This document shows, one piece after another, positions 38,336-49,543 of a DNA stretch of 64,000 nucleotides. Numbering within the stretch: the stretch's first letter is position 1; every line of letters starts with the position of its first letter. The stretch covers positions 95,074,003-95,138,002 of the forward strand of contig NC_057718.1 in assembly GCF_004010195.1 (NCBI RefSeq). Direction: 5' to 3'. This stretch comes from Chiloscyllium plagiosum. Lineage: Eukaryota. The translations under genes and the position numbers were made by a program. The notes beneath the pieces are model-generated. The model was not told the DNA's origin, did not search any database, and saw only the letters and a list, made by a program, of their open reading frames with translations.

Positions 38336-39323
38336 AGCAGCTGGCATTGGTTTAGCTTCCTTCAGTCAAAGAAACCTCTGTCTCTCTCTCTCTCTCTCCA
38401 CACCACCCCCCACCCCTCAACCCCAACTCTGACGAAGAGCTACAAGGACAGTCAATAGTAATAGGGGGCACAGCAAGGATGCAGCAGTTGCAAAGATTTC
38501 TGCAGATTATCTCCTATCTGAAGGAGGCTAAGTGGTTGCTCATGAACAGATTTTTTTTTGGATGCGGAGTAAGCTTCAAATAGGTAAAAGGTACTTTGAA
38601 GAAACCTACATCTTTGGTGATCTTGTGATTCACTCTGTGCTGAACAAACTAATTGCACTCAGTATCAAAACAGTTTGTGTGGTGCGAATAGGTCAGCATA
38701 GGATTACAAGTAAAGATATTGAAAGTATTTCTGACTGCTACATGGCACATGAGCTCAATCTTTAATCTCCTCAAGTGACCAATATAGTTCCTGGAACTCC
38801 TCAGAACAACTTCCAGGAATATGTAGGCAAAATTGGACTGCCATTTAACTTGCTCAAATCTTTTCTACTCAAATTGCTGCTTTGTTTAGCACATGTTTAG
38901 CTTTTAGGTCCTGCCAATTATATCCTAGATATTATGGATTACAAATGCTTCTCTGAAAGCAAAATGATTTCTTTTTATTCCCGAACTCTGATTTCCAGAC
39001 GTGAAGGTAAAAAATAAAATCAGCTGTCCAACATCCACACCTTCTGGAAAGCTATGAGATGGAGGTGTCAAGGGGCAGGAGAGATCTTTTGTGGGTGTTT
39101 GAAGGTTGATTGCTGTCCCTCCCCCATCCCATTAGAGGAGGTTATTTTTCTCTTACCTTGCTGACTTTAACGAGATGAAGGACATTGATGGAAAAGCTGT
39201 TCTCACTTACAGAGTGGAGAAAACCAAACTTAATATCCATAATAATAAATGAGTCACTGGTAACTCCAACAGGGAGTGCAGGATAAACATCTTCCTGTGC
39301 GTTGCACGATGAAGAGTGCAGAA

Positions 39324-39603
39324 GGGTGGCACAGTGACTCAGTGGTTAGCACAGCTGCCTCATAATGGGAGGGATTTGGGTTCAATCCCAGCCTGGGGCA
39401 ACTGGCTATGTGGAGTTTGTACATACTGTCCGTGGAGGAGTTGAGAGTGTGGTGATTGAAAGACACAGCAGGTCAGGCAACATCTGACAAACAGGGGAAT
39501 CGATGTTTTGGACCTATGCTCTTCAACTGTCCACAATCCAAGCCTGTGCAGGTTGGATGGATTGGCAATGTTAAATTGCCCTTTAGTATCCAGGGATGTG
39601 TAG
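39324..39603 (+). mobile_element. Old V-SINE with a nested pseudo-LTR fragment (about 39437-39527)
   Basis: GGGTGGCACAGTGACTCAGTGGTTAGC head, with GAGAGTGTGGTG...CAGCAGGTCAGGC inserted. Confidence 0.65.
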
Positions 39604-40282
39604 GCCTCCTTTCTTCCTGGCGGTGGGATATAATTAAATATTTATGCACTTGATACCTGCACAAGCAAAAAACAAACAGGAGTGTCAAGGGTTCTGTTCA
39701 CTCTGAGAGCTGGCTCCGAGCAGGCGGGGTCAAAGTAAATGGATTGGAGATAGTTCCAAGAAGATTTACCCATTTGATCCTTGGAATAAATGGGTTGTCC
39801 TACAAGGAAAAATTGGAGTATAGATCAGTGAGAGGTGTTTCAATTGAAAGCGATGGGATTCTTAATGATAAATGTAGAAAGACTGTTTACTCTTGTGGAT
39901 GAGTCAAAAACAAGGGGTATTTTTAAAATTAGGGGTGGAATAAATCTTTGGACCATACATATTGAATTACAGTAAAAGTCCAAATAATTTTCAAGACACT
40001 TTTGAAAAAGATTAATTTAATATATTTATAATATCAAACTTTGACATTTCAAAAAGATGAAATTAACCTTCCAGGATGAATTAAATTATTCAGCATTAAT
40101 TAGAAACTTAGTTTCCACTTGTACCTCATTTAGCAAGGTATAATTTTTCATGGGTTTATAAAGCAAGAATAATAATGTAAAAGGGCAAGTTTCCATCTGT
40201 TCAATGATTTCTAATAGATCACAGATAGGGACTTCACCATTGTCTCTTCTGGATCCAACTAATTCCTTATTCCTTCATTTAA

Positions 40283-41043
40283 CTGTCCAGTTACAAGTGA
40301 AGTTCCGCAGGGATCAGTTCTGGGTCCTCTGCTGTTTGTAATTTTTATTAATGACTTGGAAGAGGGAGTCAAAGGGTGGGTCAGTAAATTTGCAGATGAT
40401 ACGAAGATTGGTGGAGTTGTGGATAGTGAGGAGGGCTGTTGTCGGCTGCAAAGGGACTTAGATATGATGCAGAGCTGGGCTGAGGAGTGGCAGATGGAGT
40501 TCAACCCTGCCAAGTGTGAGGTTGTCCATTTTGGAAGGACAAATAAGAATGCGGAATACAGGGTTAACGGTAGGGTTCTTAGTAAGGTGGAGGAGCAGAG
40601 GGATCTTGGGGTCTATGTTCATAGATCTCTTTCATCAAATAGTGGAAAATGCTAGAAAAACTCAGCAGGTCTGACAGCCTCTGTGAAGTGGCGAAGGATG
40701 AGGGGTGACTTGATAGAGGTGTATAAGATGATCAGGGGAATAGATAGAGTAGACAATCAGAAACTTTTTCCCCGGGTACAACGGAGTGTTTCAAGGGGAC
40801 ATAAATTTAAGGTGAAGGGTGCAAGGTATCGGGGAGATGTCTGGGGTAGGTTCTTTACCCAGAGAGTGGTGGGGGCATGGAATGCGCTGCCTGTGGGAGT
40901 GGTAGAGTCAGAATCTTTGGTGACCTTTAAGCGGCAATTGGATAGGTACATGGATGGGTGCTTAAGCTAGGACAAATGTTCGGCACAACATCGTGGGCCG
41001 AAGGGCCTGTTCTGTGCTGTATTGTTCTATGTTCTATGTTCTA
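40283..41043 (+). mobile_element. Young CR1 fragment with an internal deletion and about 55 bp of pseudo-LTR-like filler (40632-40685)
   Basis: SKFADDTKIGG, KCEVVHFG, RMRGDLIEVYK, FFTQRVVGAWNALP, and a (TGTTCTA)n tail. Confidence 0.92.
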
Positions 41044-41699
41044 ACTGTGTATGTACAGTAAAGGAGTTAATGGTGGTGAGCTGTTACAATTTAGCTCTTA
41101 TTTCAGCAAACAGAGTTTGGGCTCGTGTTAAATTGGAGTTAAATTCAACCTTCATATTCCTAGAAGCTGCAACTGACTGCCATGCTAAACGATTCCGGGA
41201 ATCCCATTAGGCGTGTGGAAAGGTCGAAAGTTGATTTCTGCAGCATGTAGTTAGCAGCAAATAGTTTGCATTACTTTCAAACTTGTAATCCCATGCTGCC
41301 ATGATCACATGGCCTCCTCCAGCCAGGGAAAAGGAGCTGCAGAAATCTGTCAATGCTGTACCCTCTCTGGGCCTCTTGTTGAAACGAAAAGCTTCGCAGT
41401 TCTCAGTTTAGGGAAATGGATTCTGATTCAAAAGAGCCAGGGTAATAAACACCAGGGATGCCTTTTGTGAATGAATGACTCATATGAATTCGGAACAGAA
41501 TTAGACCATTCGTCCCTTTAAGTCTTTAATAAGATCATGGCTGATCTGCTCCCCACTCCCACACATCTCCACCAAGTTTTGATTGCTTTGCCTCAGCAGC
41601 ATCTTTCTTTGCCTTAAAAACAATTCAATGACTGTCGCCACCCAACCTCCACCACTCTCTGAGGCTGAGGGTTTTGAATTGTACAGACCTCCAAGGGAA

Positions 41700-41823
41700 A
41701 AATATTCCCTTCATCCCTATCCCAAGTGGATTATTTCCCTTCAAATATTCCCTTCATGCCTATCCCGAGTGGATTATTTCCCTTCAAATATTCCCTTCAT
41801 CCCTATCCCGAGTGGATTATTTC
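41700..41823. repeat. 43-bp minisatellite, about 2.9 copies
   Basis: AAATATTCCCTTCATCCCTATCCC(A/G)AGTGGATTATTTCCCTTC starts at 41700, 41743 and 41786. Confidence 0.95.
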
Positions 41824-42232
41824 TAATGAAAAATTGATGAATGATCAATATGTTTTAGTTCCTGGTTTGCTGTTTACATGGCAATCCCTCCAATGTGATT
41901 GGTTGCTTATTCAGCTTGATATCATCATGTTTGTTGGATGTTTGATGACAACCTTTTGATGTGGAGCCAGATTTAAACTGACATAGGAAAAGTGCAAAAT
42001 ATAGACATTACCAAATCCTTTCTCCTAGCTTTCTTGGACCTCAACTCCGAATGCTAACACTTTGCCTGCAAAATCTGGGCTATGGTTATTGGCTAACCCA
42101 GAGTTTATCCTCTTCCTTTGATGACCAGATAAATTCCAAATTATTTTGATGACACTTGCTTTACTGAAAACAAAACTGACAGGTTTAATTGCTACATACC
42201 ATTGCTCGGTCATATTGCCATTTCCAATGAAC

Positions 42233-42363
42233 TAGGTGAAAGTGAGAACTGCAAATGCTGGAGATCAGAGTTAAGATTAGAGTGGTGCTGGAAAAGCACA
42301 GCAGGCCAGGCAGCATCTGAGGAGCAGGAAAATTGACGTTTTGGGCAAAAGCCCTTCATCAGT
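42233..42363 (-). mobile_element. Penelope-like pseudo-LTR family 1 with a mutated hammerhead core
   Basis: Minus reads CTGATGAAGGGCTTTTGCCCAAAACGTC (GAAA changed to AAAA). Confidence 0.75.
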
Positions 42364-42449
42364 GACAGAAATGGAGGAAGATTGAATGGTCGGGAGACAG
42401 AAATGTAGATGCAGGACAAATCTCATAGTTGGAGTGGGACATGTTGAGG

Positions 42450-42922
42450 GAAGTCAAGAAGCTTGACACAGTCCAGAACAAATGTGGTGCCCACTTGATT
42501 GGCACCACATTTACAAACGTCCACTCCCTTCACTACCAACGCTCAGTCACAGCAGTGAGTAGTATCTACAAGATGCACTGCAGAAATTCACCAAAGATCC
42601 TCAGACAGCACCTTCCAAACCCTCAACCACTTCCATCTTGAAAGACAAGGGCAGTAGATACATGGGAACATCACCCTCTGCAAGTTCCCCTCAAAGCCAC
42701 TCCCCATCCTGACTTGGAAATATGTCGCTGTTCTTTCACTGTTGTTGGGTCAAAATCATGGAATTCTCTCCCTCAGGGCATTGTGGGTCAACCCATAGCA
42801 GATGGACTGCAGCGGTTCAAGAAGGCAACTCACCACCACCTTCTCAAGGGCAACTAGGGACGGGCAATAAATGCTGGCCCAGCCAGTGATGCCCATGTCC
42901 CACAAAATGAATTTAAAAAAAA
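42450..42922 (+). mobile_element. CR1-group LINE 3' end (distinct family, probable partner of the second SINE family)
   Basis: KLDTVQNK...HSLHYQRSV...IYKMHCRNSPKILRQHLP, followed by the tail GGGCAATAAATGCTGGCCCAGCCAG and an A-run. Confidence 0.8.
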
Positions 42923-42989
42923 AACAGAATAATGTCCAGACATTCCATTTCTGCTCTTCCTTATCTGACCAAATGTTCCATTAATTTAT

Positions 42990-43470
42990 CTTGGATCATG
43001 CCATAACCATGCCATATTTCCACCTCCACAGTACCACCATATTGCACCCTGTCTCAGCTCGCTTGATGTTAAAGACCATTATTACTTCTTAACTTGACTA
43101 TTCCAATGCACTCCTGCCTGGTGTACCAAAACCTAGAACATAGAACATAGAACATCCAATTGCCACTTAAAGTTCGCCAATGATTCTGACTCTGCCACTC
43201 CCACAGGTAGCGCATTCCATGCCCCCACCACTCTCTGGGTAAAGAACCTACCCCTGACATCTCCCCTATACCTTCCACCCTTCACCTTAAATTTATGTCC
43301 CCTTGTAACACTCTGTTGTACCCGGGGAAAAAGTTACAACAGAGTGTTACTACTCTCCATAATCTTGTGCTGCCTGTGACTTAATTTCCAGCAAATCCTG
43401 TTCCCCTGATTGCCCCTGTCCTCCAGGACCTATGATGGTTTCCATTCAATCAACAACTTGTTCCAATTGC
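42990..43470 (+). mobile_element. Old L2 LINE fragment interrupted by a young CR1 (43133-43350, -)
   Basis: LDYSNALLPG and a downstream PVL-like L2 motif. The insert matches 40765-40943 in reverse and has the same (TGTTCTA)n tail. Confidence 0.6.
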
Positions 43471-43961
43471 AAGACAATCCAACTAGTGCAATAAGAAAAA
43501 TATCACATGTCTGGTTTTTAACCAGTGACTTTGTTTTTAGTATATTCATGAGATGTGGGGCCACTGACTAGGTCAGCATTTATTGCCCATTCCTGTTTGC
43601 CCCAGAGGAAGTGGTGGAGGAAGTGATTGGAGGGGAACTCACAAGTGCTGGTGCTCCCATGCATCTGCTGTACTTGTCCATCTAGGTGGTAGACATTGTG
43701 TGTTTAGAAGGTGCTGCTGAAGGACACTTGGGAACTGCTGTACTGCACCTTACAGATGGTATACACTACTGTCATTGTACAACAATAACAAAGGGAGTGA
43801 ATGCTGAAGGTAGTGGGTATGGGCTAATCAAGGAGGTTCTCTCTTGAATGCTGTCAAACCTCTTGAGTGTTTTTGGAACTGCACTCATCCAGGCAAGTTG
43901 GGAGTATTCTATCACACTCCTGTCTTGTGCCTTGTAGATGGTGGACAGGCTTTGAGGAGTC

Positions 43962-44054
43962 GAAGTGTTTGGTGTTGGAAAAGCATAGCCGGTCAGGCAG
44001 CATTTGAGAAGCATGAGAATCAATGTTTTGGGCATAAGCCCTTCATCAGGAATG
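43962..44054 (-). mobile_element. Penelope-like pseudo-LTR insertion
   Basis: TSD AGGCTTT(G/A)AGGAGTC (43947-43961 / 44055-44069). Degenerate hammerhead on minus. Confidence 0.75.
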
Positions 44055-44158
44055 AGGCTTTAAGGAGTCAGGAGTTGGGTTACTTGCATTTGAATCCCGA
44101 GTCTGTGATCTGTTCTTCTAACCGCAGTATTTATATTACTGGCCCAGTTTAGTTTCTG

Positions 44159-44383
44159 AGGAGAAAGTGAGGTCTGCAGATGCTGGAGATCAGAGCTGAA
44201 AATGTGTTGGCTGGAAAAGCGCAGCAGGTCAGGCAGCATCCAGGGAACAGGAGAATCAACGTTTCTGGCATAAGCCCTTCTTCAGCCCTTATGCCTGAAG
44301 AAGGGCTTATGCCCGAAACGTCGATTCTCCTGTTCCCTGGGTGCTGCCTGACCTGCTGCACTTTTCCAGCAACACATTTTCAG
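44159..44383. mobile_element. Inverted-pair Penelope-like pseudo-LTR insertion with hammerhead cores on both strands
   Basis: Perfect 14-bp TSD CAGTTTAGTTTCTG (44145-44158 / 44384-44397). Inverted arms of about 90 bp. Plus-strand core at 44295-44322. Confidence 0.85.
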
Positions 44384-45704
44384 CAGTTTAGTTTCTGGTC
44401 AATTGTAACCCCTGCGATGTTGATTCATCCCCATCCCCATTTCAGGTCATTTGATGGAGTGAAGGCTATTGATGAAACAGTTGGGCCTAGAGCACTATCT
44501 CAAGAAACACCTACAGAGATGTCCTGAAGCTGAGATGCTCAACCTCCAACAACCACAACCGTCTTCCATTATACTAGGAATGATTCCATTCAGCGAAGAG
44601 CTGTTCCCCCTCTGATTCTTATTGACTTCAGTTTTTCTCCTTGGTGCCACACTCTGCCAAGTGCTGCCTCGATTTCAAATGTAATCGTTCAAACCTCATT
44701 GTTGGGCTTCATCGTTTCCTGGACCAAGGCTGCAATGGGCTCAGGAGCCCAGTGGTTTTGGGGGAATCCTAACAGAGCATCAGTGAGCTAGTTACTGTCA
44801 ATGACTGCCACTTTACTGAGAGTTGACTGATATGGCAGCAATTTTCCACATTGGATTTGTCACGTTGAGAATCTGTCATGCCCACCATGTACTCACAGGA
44901 AAGCGAGCACATTTTGTCTACAATAACTCCATAAGTGATCTGCTATTGGATAGCTTTGTTTTCCTCCTTATTACTTATTATTAACAATTCAACCTCGTGA
45001 TCTTTCAATACGCAGTCAACGGTCCAGTGAATGGGGGAAACAGTGGCAAACATGGGGACTGAGATTCTTCATATTCCTGTGATGCGTCCTAACTATAGTA
45101 ATTACAAGTCTTAATGTCCGTAATGGAATGTGTGACTCCAGAATTATTAATTCCCCTCCTGTGTCTCCTGTGAAGTTGAGCAGAACTGATTCTTTCGAGA
45201 TCCCAAAGGATAACTTTCGAGTTGGCTCTGGGCTTTATCTCCATGCATATGCTCATAATAGCAACACATCCTGCTGTGCACCCTGACCTTTAAAAGGAAG
45301 CAACGAACAAAGGAAATCAATAAGTCAACAGGTGTCTATAGCACACAAAGACTGCTGGAGGTTTTATAGAAGGGAACAGAACTGGTACATTTTGTGCAGT
45401 TGCTAACCAACATGATAACACTGTGACTTATCTCTGTTCACATTCAGTAAATAAAACCAGCTGTGGGATGCACATTACTGTTACATAACCCTGTGCTTGA
45501 TTAGAATGTATGGAATGGAAAAGGACCTTTCAATCCAATGCTTCGAAAAGATCATGCACAATTTTCTATTGATTTTTTTTTAACTTATATTTCCTCACAG
45601 AAGTGACTAAATGGAAATAATAATTGTAAGAAGTCAGAATTATGAACTGTTTCCAGTTAGGCTTGTCCTAAATAAGGTGCCTATTTATGCTGTTATGATA
45701 AGGT

Positions 45705-45900
45705 CAGAATTCACACAACACCAGATTATAGTCCAACAGGTTTATTTGAAATCAACAAGCTTTTGGAGCACTGCTGCTTTATCAGGTGAAGGGCCAGTGC
45801 TTCCAAAGCTTATGATTTCAAATAAATCTGTGGGACTATAACCTGGTGTCGTGTGACTTCTGACTTTGCCCCCTCAGTCCAACACCGGCACCTCCACACC
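45705..45900. mobile_element. Inverted-pair pseudo-LTR family 2 insertion
   Basis: Arms CACACAACACCAG-ATTATAGTCCAACAGGTTTATTTG / CAAATAAATCTGTGGGACTATAACCTGGTGTCGTGTG. Imperfect flanking repeat TGTTATGATAAGGT / TGTTTATGATAGGT. Confidence 0.7.
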
Positions 45901-46159
45901 TTGTTTATGATAGGTGACACAGTGGTTACTCTGTGGCACCTGTCACCAGATAGTGTGGTTGAGGTCAATAGAGGAGATGAAGTTTAGCAGAAATTGGCTC
46001 AGCAATTAGGGGAAAGAATAGAACGAAATTTTGATAGGGGTGGCATGATGTGATGTGGATGAAGACCTTTGCTGTTATATAGACTCCAGTATAAACCTGA
46101 AGGATTGAATGCCCTGTGCTGTAAATTAAATGTAGCTTTGAGCCTTGTAATGAGGTTAG

Positions 46160-46410
46160 CGAGTTTTGAGAAGATTTGTACTTCAGGTTGAGGTTCTAGA
46201 TATAGGTTTGTTTGCTGAGCTGAAAGGTTCGTTTCCAGACATTTCATCACCCTACTAGGTAACATCTTCAGTGGGCCTCAGGTGAAGCACTGTACATGAT
46301 TTCTGCTTTCTATTTATATGTTTGGGTTTCTTTGAGCTGGTGATGCCATTTCCAGTTCTTTTACTCAGAGGGTGGTAGATGGGGTCTAACTCAATGTGTT
46401 TGTTGATAGG
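46160..46410 (-). mobile_element. Penelope-like element 3' end: ORF C-terminus plus pseudo-LTR with hammerhead
   Basis: Minus encodes INKHIELDPIYHPLSKRT, resembling the post-GIY-YIG C-terminus. Then CTGAAGATGTTACC-TAGTAG-GGTGATGAAATGTC at 46271-46238. A related fragment lies at 26655-26748. Confidence 0.7.
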
Positions 46411-46644
46411 TAACGAGGTTTCCTATGATATTGCAATCCATCAAAGAGCACTTTCTGAAAACAGGAACACTGAAAAAAATGATCCAAAGTCAATGAAATA
46501 CTTTGAAGCATAGTTGTGATGTAGTGTTGGAGCCTAAGAGGGACTGAGAATATAATGGGATTTAAGAACCATAGAGACTTGTCAATTCAATTTCATTTAA
46601 TAAATTCTCTCCCAGTTCTGGGCAATAAGTACCAATAGAATTTC

Positions 46645-46864
46645 GTTGAAACTTTATTGCTGGAACAGCACAGCAGGTCAGGCAGCATCCAGGGAACAGG
46701 AGATTCGACGTTTCGGGCACAGGCCCTTCTTGGATTCCTGAAGAAGGGCCTGTGCCCGAAACGTCGAATCTCCTGTTCCCTGGATGCTGCCTGACCTGCT
46801 GTACTGTTCCAGCAATAAAGTTTCAACTTTGATCTCCAGCATCTGCAGACCTCACTTTCTCCTC
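46645..46864. mobile_element. Inverted-pair Penelope-like pseudo-LTR insertion
   Basis: Perfect 13-bp TSD CCAATAGAATTTC (46632-46644 / 46865-46877). Near-perfect inverted arms of about 85 bp. Confidence 0.88.
46733..46770 (+). ncRNA. Minimal type-I hammerhead ribozyme motif
   Basis: Stem I GATTC/GAATC, core CTGAAGA+A, stem II GGGC-CTGT-GCCC, then GAAA-CG-TC with a palindromic ACGT in place of helix III. Predicted cleavage after GUC at 46765. Confidence 0.7.
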
Positions 46865-48304
46865 CCAATAGAATTTCACACTGCTGCCAGTTAGACAGAG
46901 CCATCACTGGTAGATTGGCATCTCCAGCTTATACTGATAACTAGACAGTCGGCATCTGCCCTTATTGAAGGTTGGATTTTGCATCTTTATGCTTTAAAAT
47001 TTATTTTCCACACCCTTCTCCGCAGCACACACCCCCCCCCCCAAACCCATTTAATTTATGTGTCTTTTAACATTGCACATTTATCTAACTAGTCTGTGAG
47101 GGCTAGTCCTCAGTCCCTCTAACGCCAGGGTGGGGAGACACTGTTATTTTGGGAATCCCAGTGCCAGCTATCACTGGCACAGTCTGCACGTTGTCTAGGG
47201 GGCTGACCATGATCAGTCGCCTACTTGGGCCAGTCATGGTCAGGGGATAGATCAAATTTCTGTCTGGGCCACAGGCAGCCATTAGTGCTGTGGAGCCAGC
47301 AGTCATAGGAATCACATATCACAGTCAGGGAGATACAATGACAGCAGTCACGAGTCTGGTCAGTGTCATTTAAGGGTTGTTCCTTAAAGACAGTCAGAAA
47401 TCTGGGGTGAATATGGATTAAGGCATAGGGGGATCATTGCCAAAATTGGGGTGGGACAGTCAAAGCTGAGGGGGGAAGGAAGAGATGTGTTGAGGTAGGG
47501 ACAAGGGTGGTGAAGGGAGCTTTGCTTGCTTTGAGATGGTTTATTAAGGAGTGGCAGTGTAAATATGGTATATCAGCTAAATTGACAGGATCAGTGCACA
47601 TCCCATGGCAGTTGAGAGTGGTTCACTGATACAGAAGATGAATATGTGGTTTGGGCTGATCTCAATTGCTTATGATAATAGCATTGTGTTCCCTCACTGA
47701 AGTGTCAGCTAATTCTTCCCTTAATCCTTCTCCATCATTCCTGGTCCATCTCCCATCTGAGAAGGACTGTCCCTGTCTCCAAGCACTCGTTAGTGGGACA
47801 TCATGTTTATGGAGACATGTCAGATATTAGCTTATCAAAAACTGCACTTGCATTCTATTTAAAGAAAAATATAACATTGCTGGATTTGTACAAGTGGCTG
47901 CTGCAGATCACACTTACAAGTTAGTCCAAGTTCTATATGGCCTTTCCAGTGAGTTGGAGAGGGGCAGTTCACCCTTGTGGAATTAACCAGGGATGCAGAA
48001 ATTCATGTGTCAAAATGAAAAGCTCATCAATCCATCTCAGGCCAAATCTCATGGCTTGAAACACCTTTAGAATTATTGGATATCTATAATCTTACACCCC
48101 GACCTTGGCTTCCACCTGCCAGGAAAGTAAAGCACACCAAAGCCTCAAAATCTGCTTCGGAGGGATCTTGAATTTACCTGAAAAGCAACTGATCTTCTAT
48201 TCATATGGACAGAGCTGCCTTATTCCCAGCGTTGAAGAAATTTTACATCTCCTGACTCCAGCTATTTCAACCTGTCCTACAAGTACACTGTTTGGTTTTA
48301 ATAT

Positions 48305-48768
48305 TCATAGAGTCATACAGCACAAAACAGACCCTTTGGTCCAAGTAGTCCATGGCGACCATAATCCCAAACTAAACTAGTCCCACCTGGCTGTGCTTGG
48401 CCCATATCGCTCCAAACATTTCTTATTCATGTACTTAGCTAAATGTCTCTTAAATGTTGTAACTGTACCTGGATCCACCACTTCCTCAGGAAGTTTATTC
48501 CACACATGGACTTTCTCTGCGTAAAAATATTCCCCCTCATGTCTTTTAAAATATTTCTCCTCTCACCTTAAAAATATGCCCCCTAGACTTGAAAATCCCC
48601 ACCCGAGGGAAAAGACACCTGCCATTCACCTTATCCACACCCCCTCATGATTTTATAGACATCTATAAGGTCATCCCTCAATCTCCTACACTTCAGTGAA
48701 AGAAGTACCAGCCTTTCCAGCTTCTCTATATAACTCAAACTCTCTATTCCCAGCAACATCCTGGTAAA
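48305..48768 (-). mobile_element. CR1 LINE 3' fragment
   Basis: Reverse complement of CR1 3' coding and UTR sequence, with a tail at about 48307. Confidence 0.85.
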
Positions 48769-48769
48769 G

Positions 48770-49543
48770 ACTACAGATGGGAGATGGAAGACCTGGAAAA
48801 ATGGTGCACTGAGAACAACGTAGCTCTCAATGCCGGCAAAACCAATAACTCATTACTGACTTTCAGCAGGATGTAACCACGCCCGCACCCCCCACCTGCG
48901 CCCCGCCACCACCACCACCACCACACACACATTAACATTAACAGCACAAAGGTGGAACGAGTGGAGAGTGTCAAGCTTCTGGGAGTGGTCATCCACAACA
49001 AGCTTTCTTGGACTCTTCATGTGGACGCACTGATTACAAAGGCCTAACAATGTCTCTTCTTCCTCAGGCAATTGAGAAAATTTGACATGACAACGAATAC
49101 CCTTGCCAACTTTTATAGGCGCGCCATTGAGAGCATTATGTCTGGATGTATTACTATCTGGTATGGTAACCGCACCATTCAAGATGGTTACAGAGAGTGA
49201 TGAACTCGGCCCGGATGATCACAAAGGTCAACCTCCCATCCATAGAATCCATCTGCCAAGGAAAGGCTGCCACCATTCTCAAAAGTCCATCCCACCCTGG
49301 CAACGTTTTTCATCGGGGAGAAGGGACAGAAGCCTGAATACATGCACCAGCCGGTTTCGAAACAGTTTCTACCCTACTGTTGTTAGAATACTGAATGGAC
49401 TCCCAAACTGTTAATGTTCTCCTGTACCTGTGTTTTGTTTTTTTTGTCACTGTTTACCAATTATTTACTATCTCTGCTACTTAACTCTGTGATCTGCCTG
49501 TATTGCTTGCAAGACGTGTGACAATGAATTCAATTCAATTCAA
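48770..49543 (+). mobile_element. Rex1/Babar LINE fragment (RT C-terminal region to tail)
   Basis: YRWEMEDLEKWCTENNVALNAGKT, VKLLGVVI, FYRRAIESIMSGCITIWYGN, NSFYPTVVRILN, and an (ATTCA)n tail. Confidence 0.88.

Larger units (their letters stand above)
43535..44865 (-). mobile_element. CR1-group LINE (family of 42450-42922) with two nested pseudo-LTR insertions
   Basis: QSLSTIYKAQDRSVIEYSQLAWMSA motif and the shared tail. Inserts at 43962-44054 and 44159-44383. Confidence 0.78.

Noticed and set aside
38430..38765. Short open frames in unique sequence
   Set aside because: No splice signals or motifs, and lengths are compatible with chance.
41700..41823. CRISPR-like array
   Set aside because: The units are contiguous with no unique spacers, and the context is eukaryotic.
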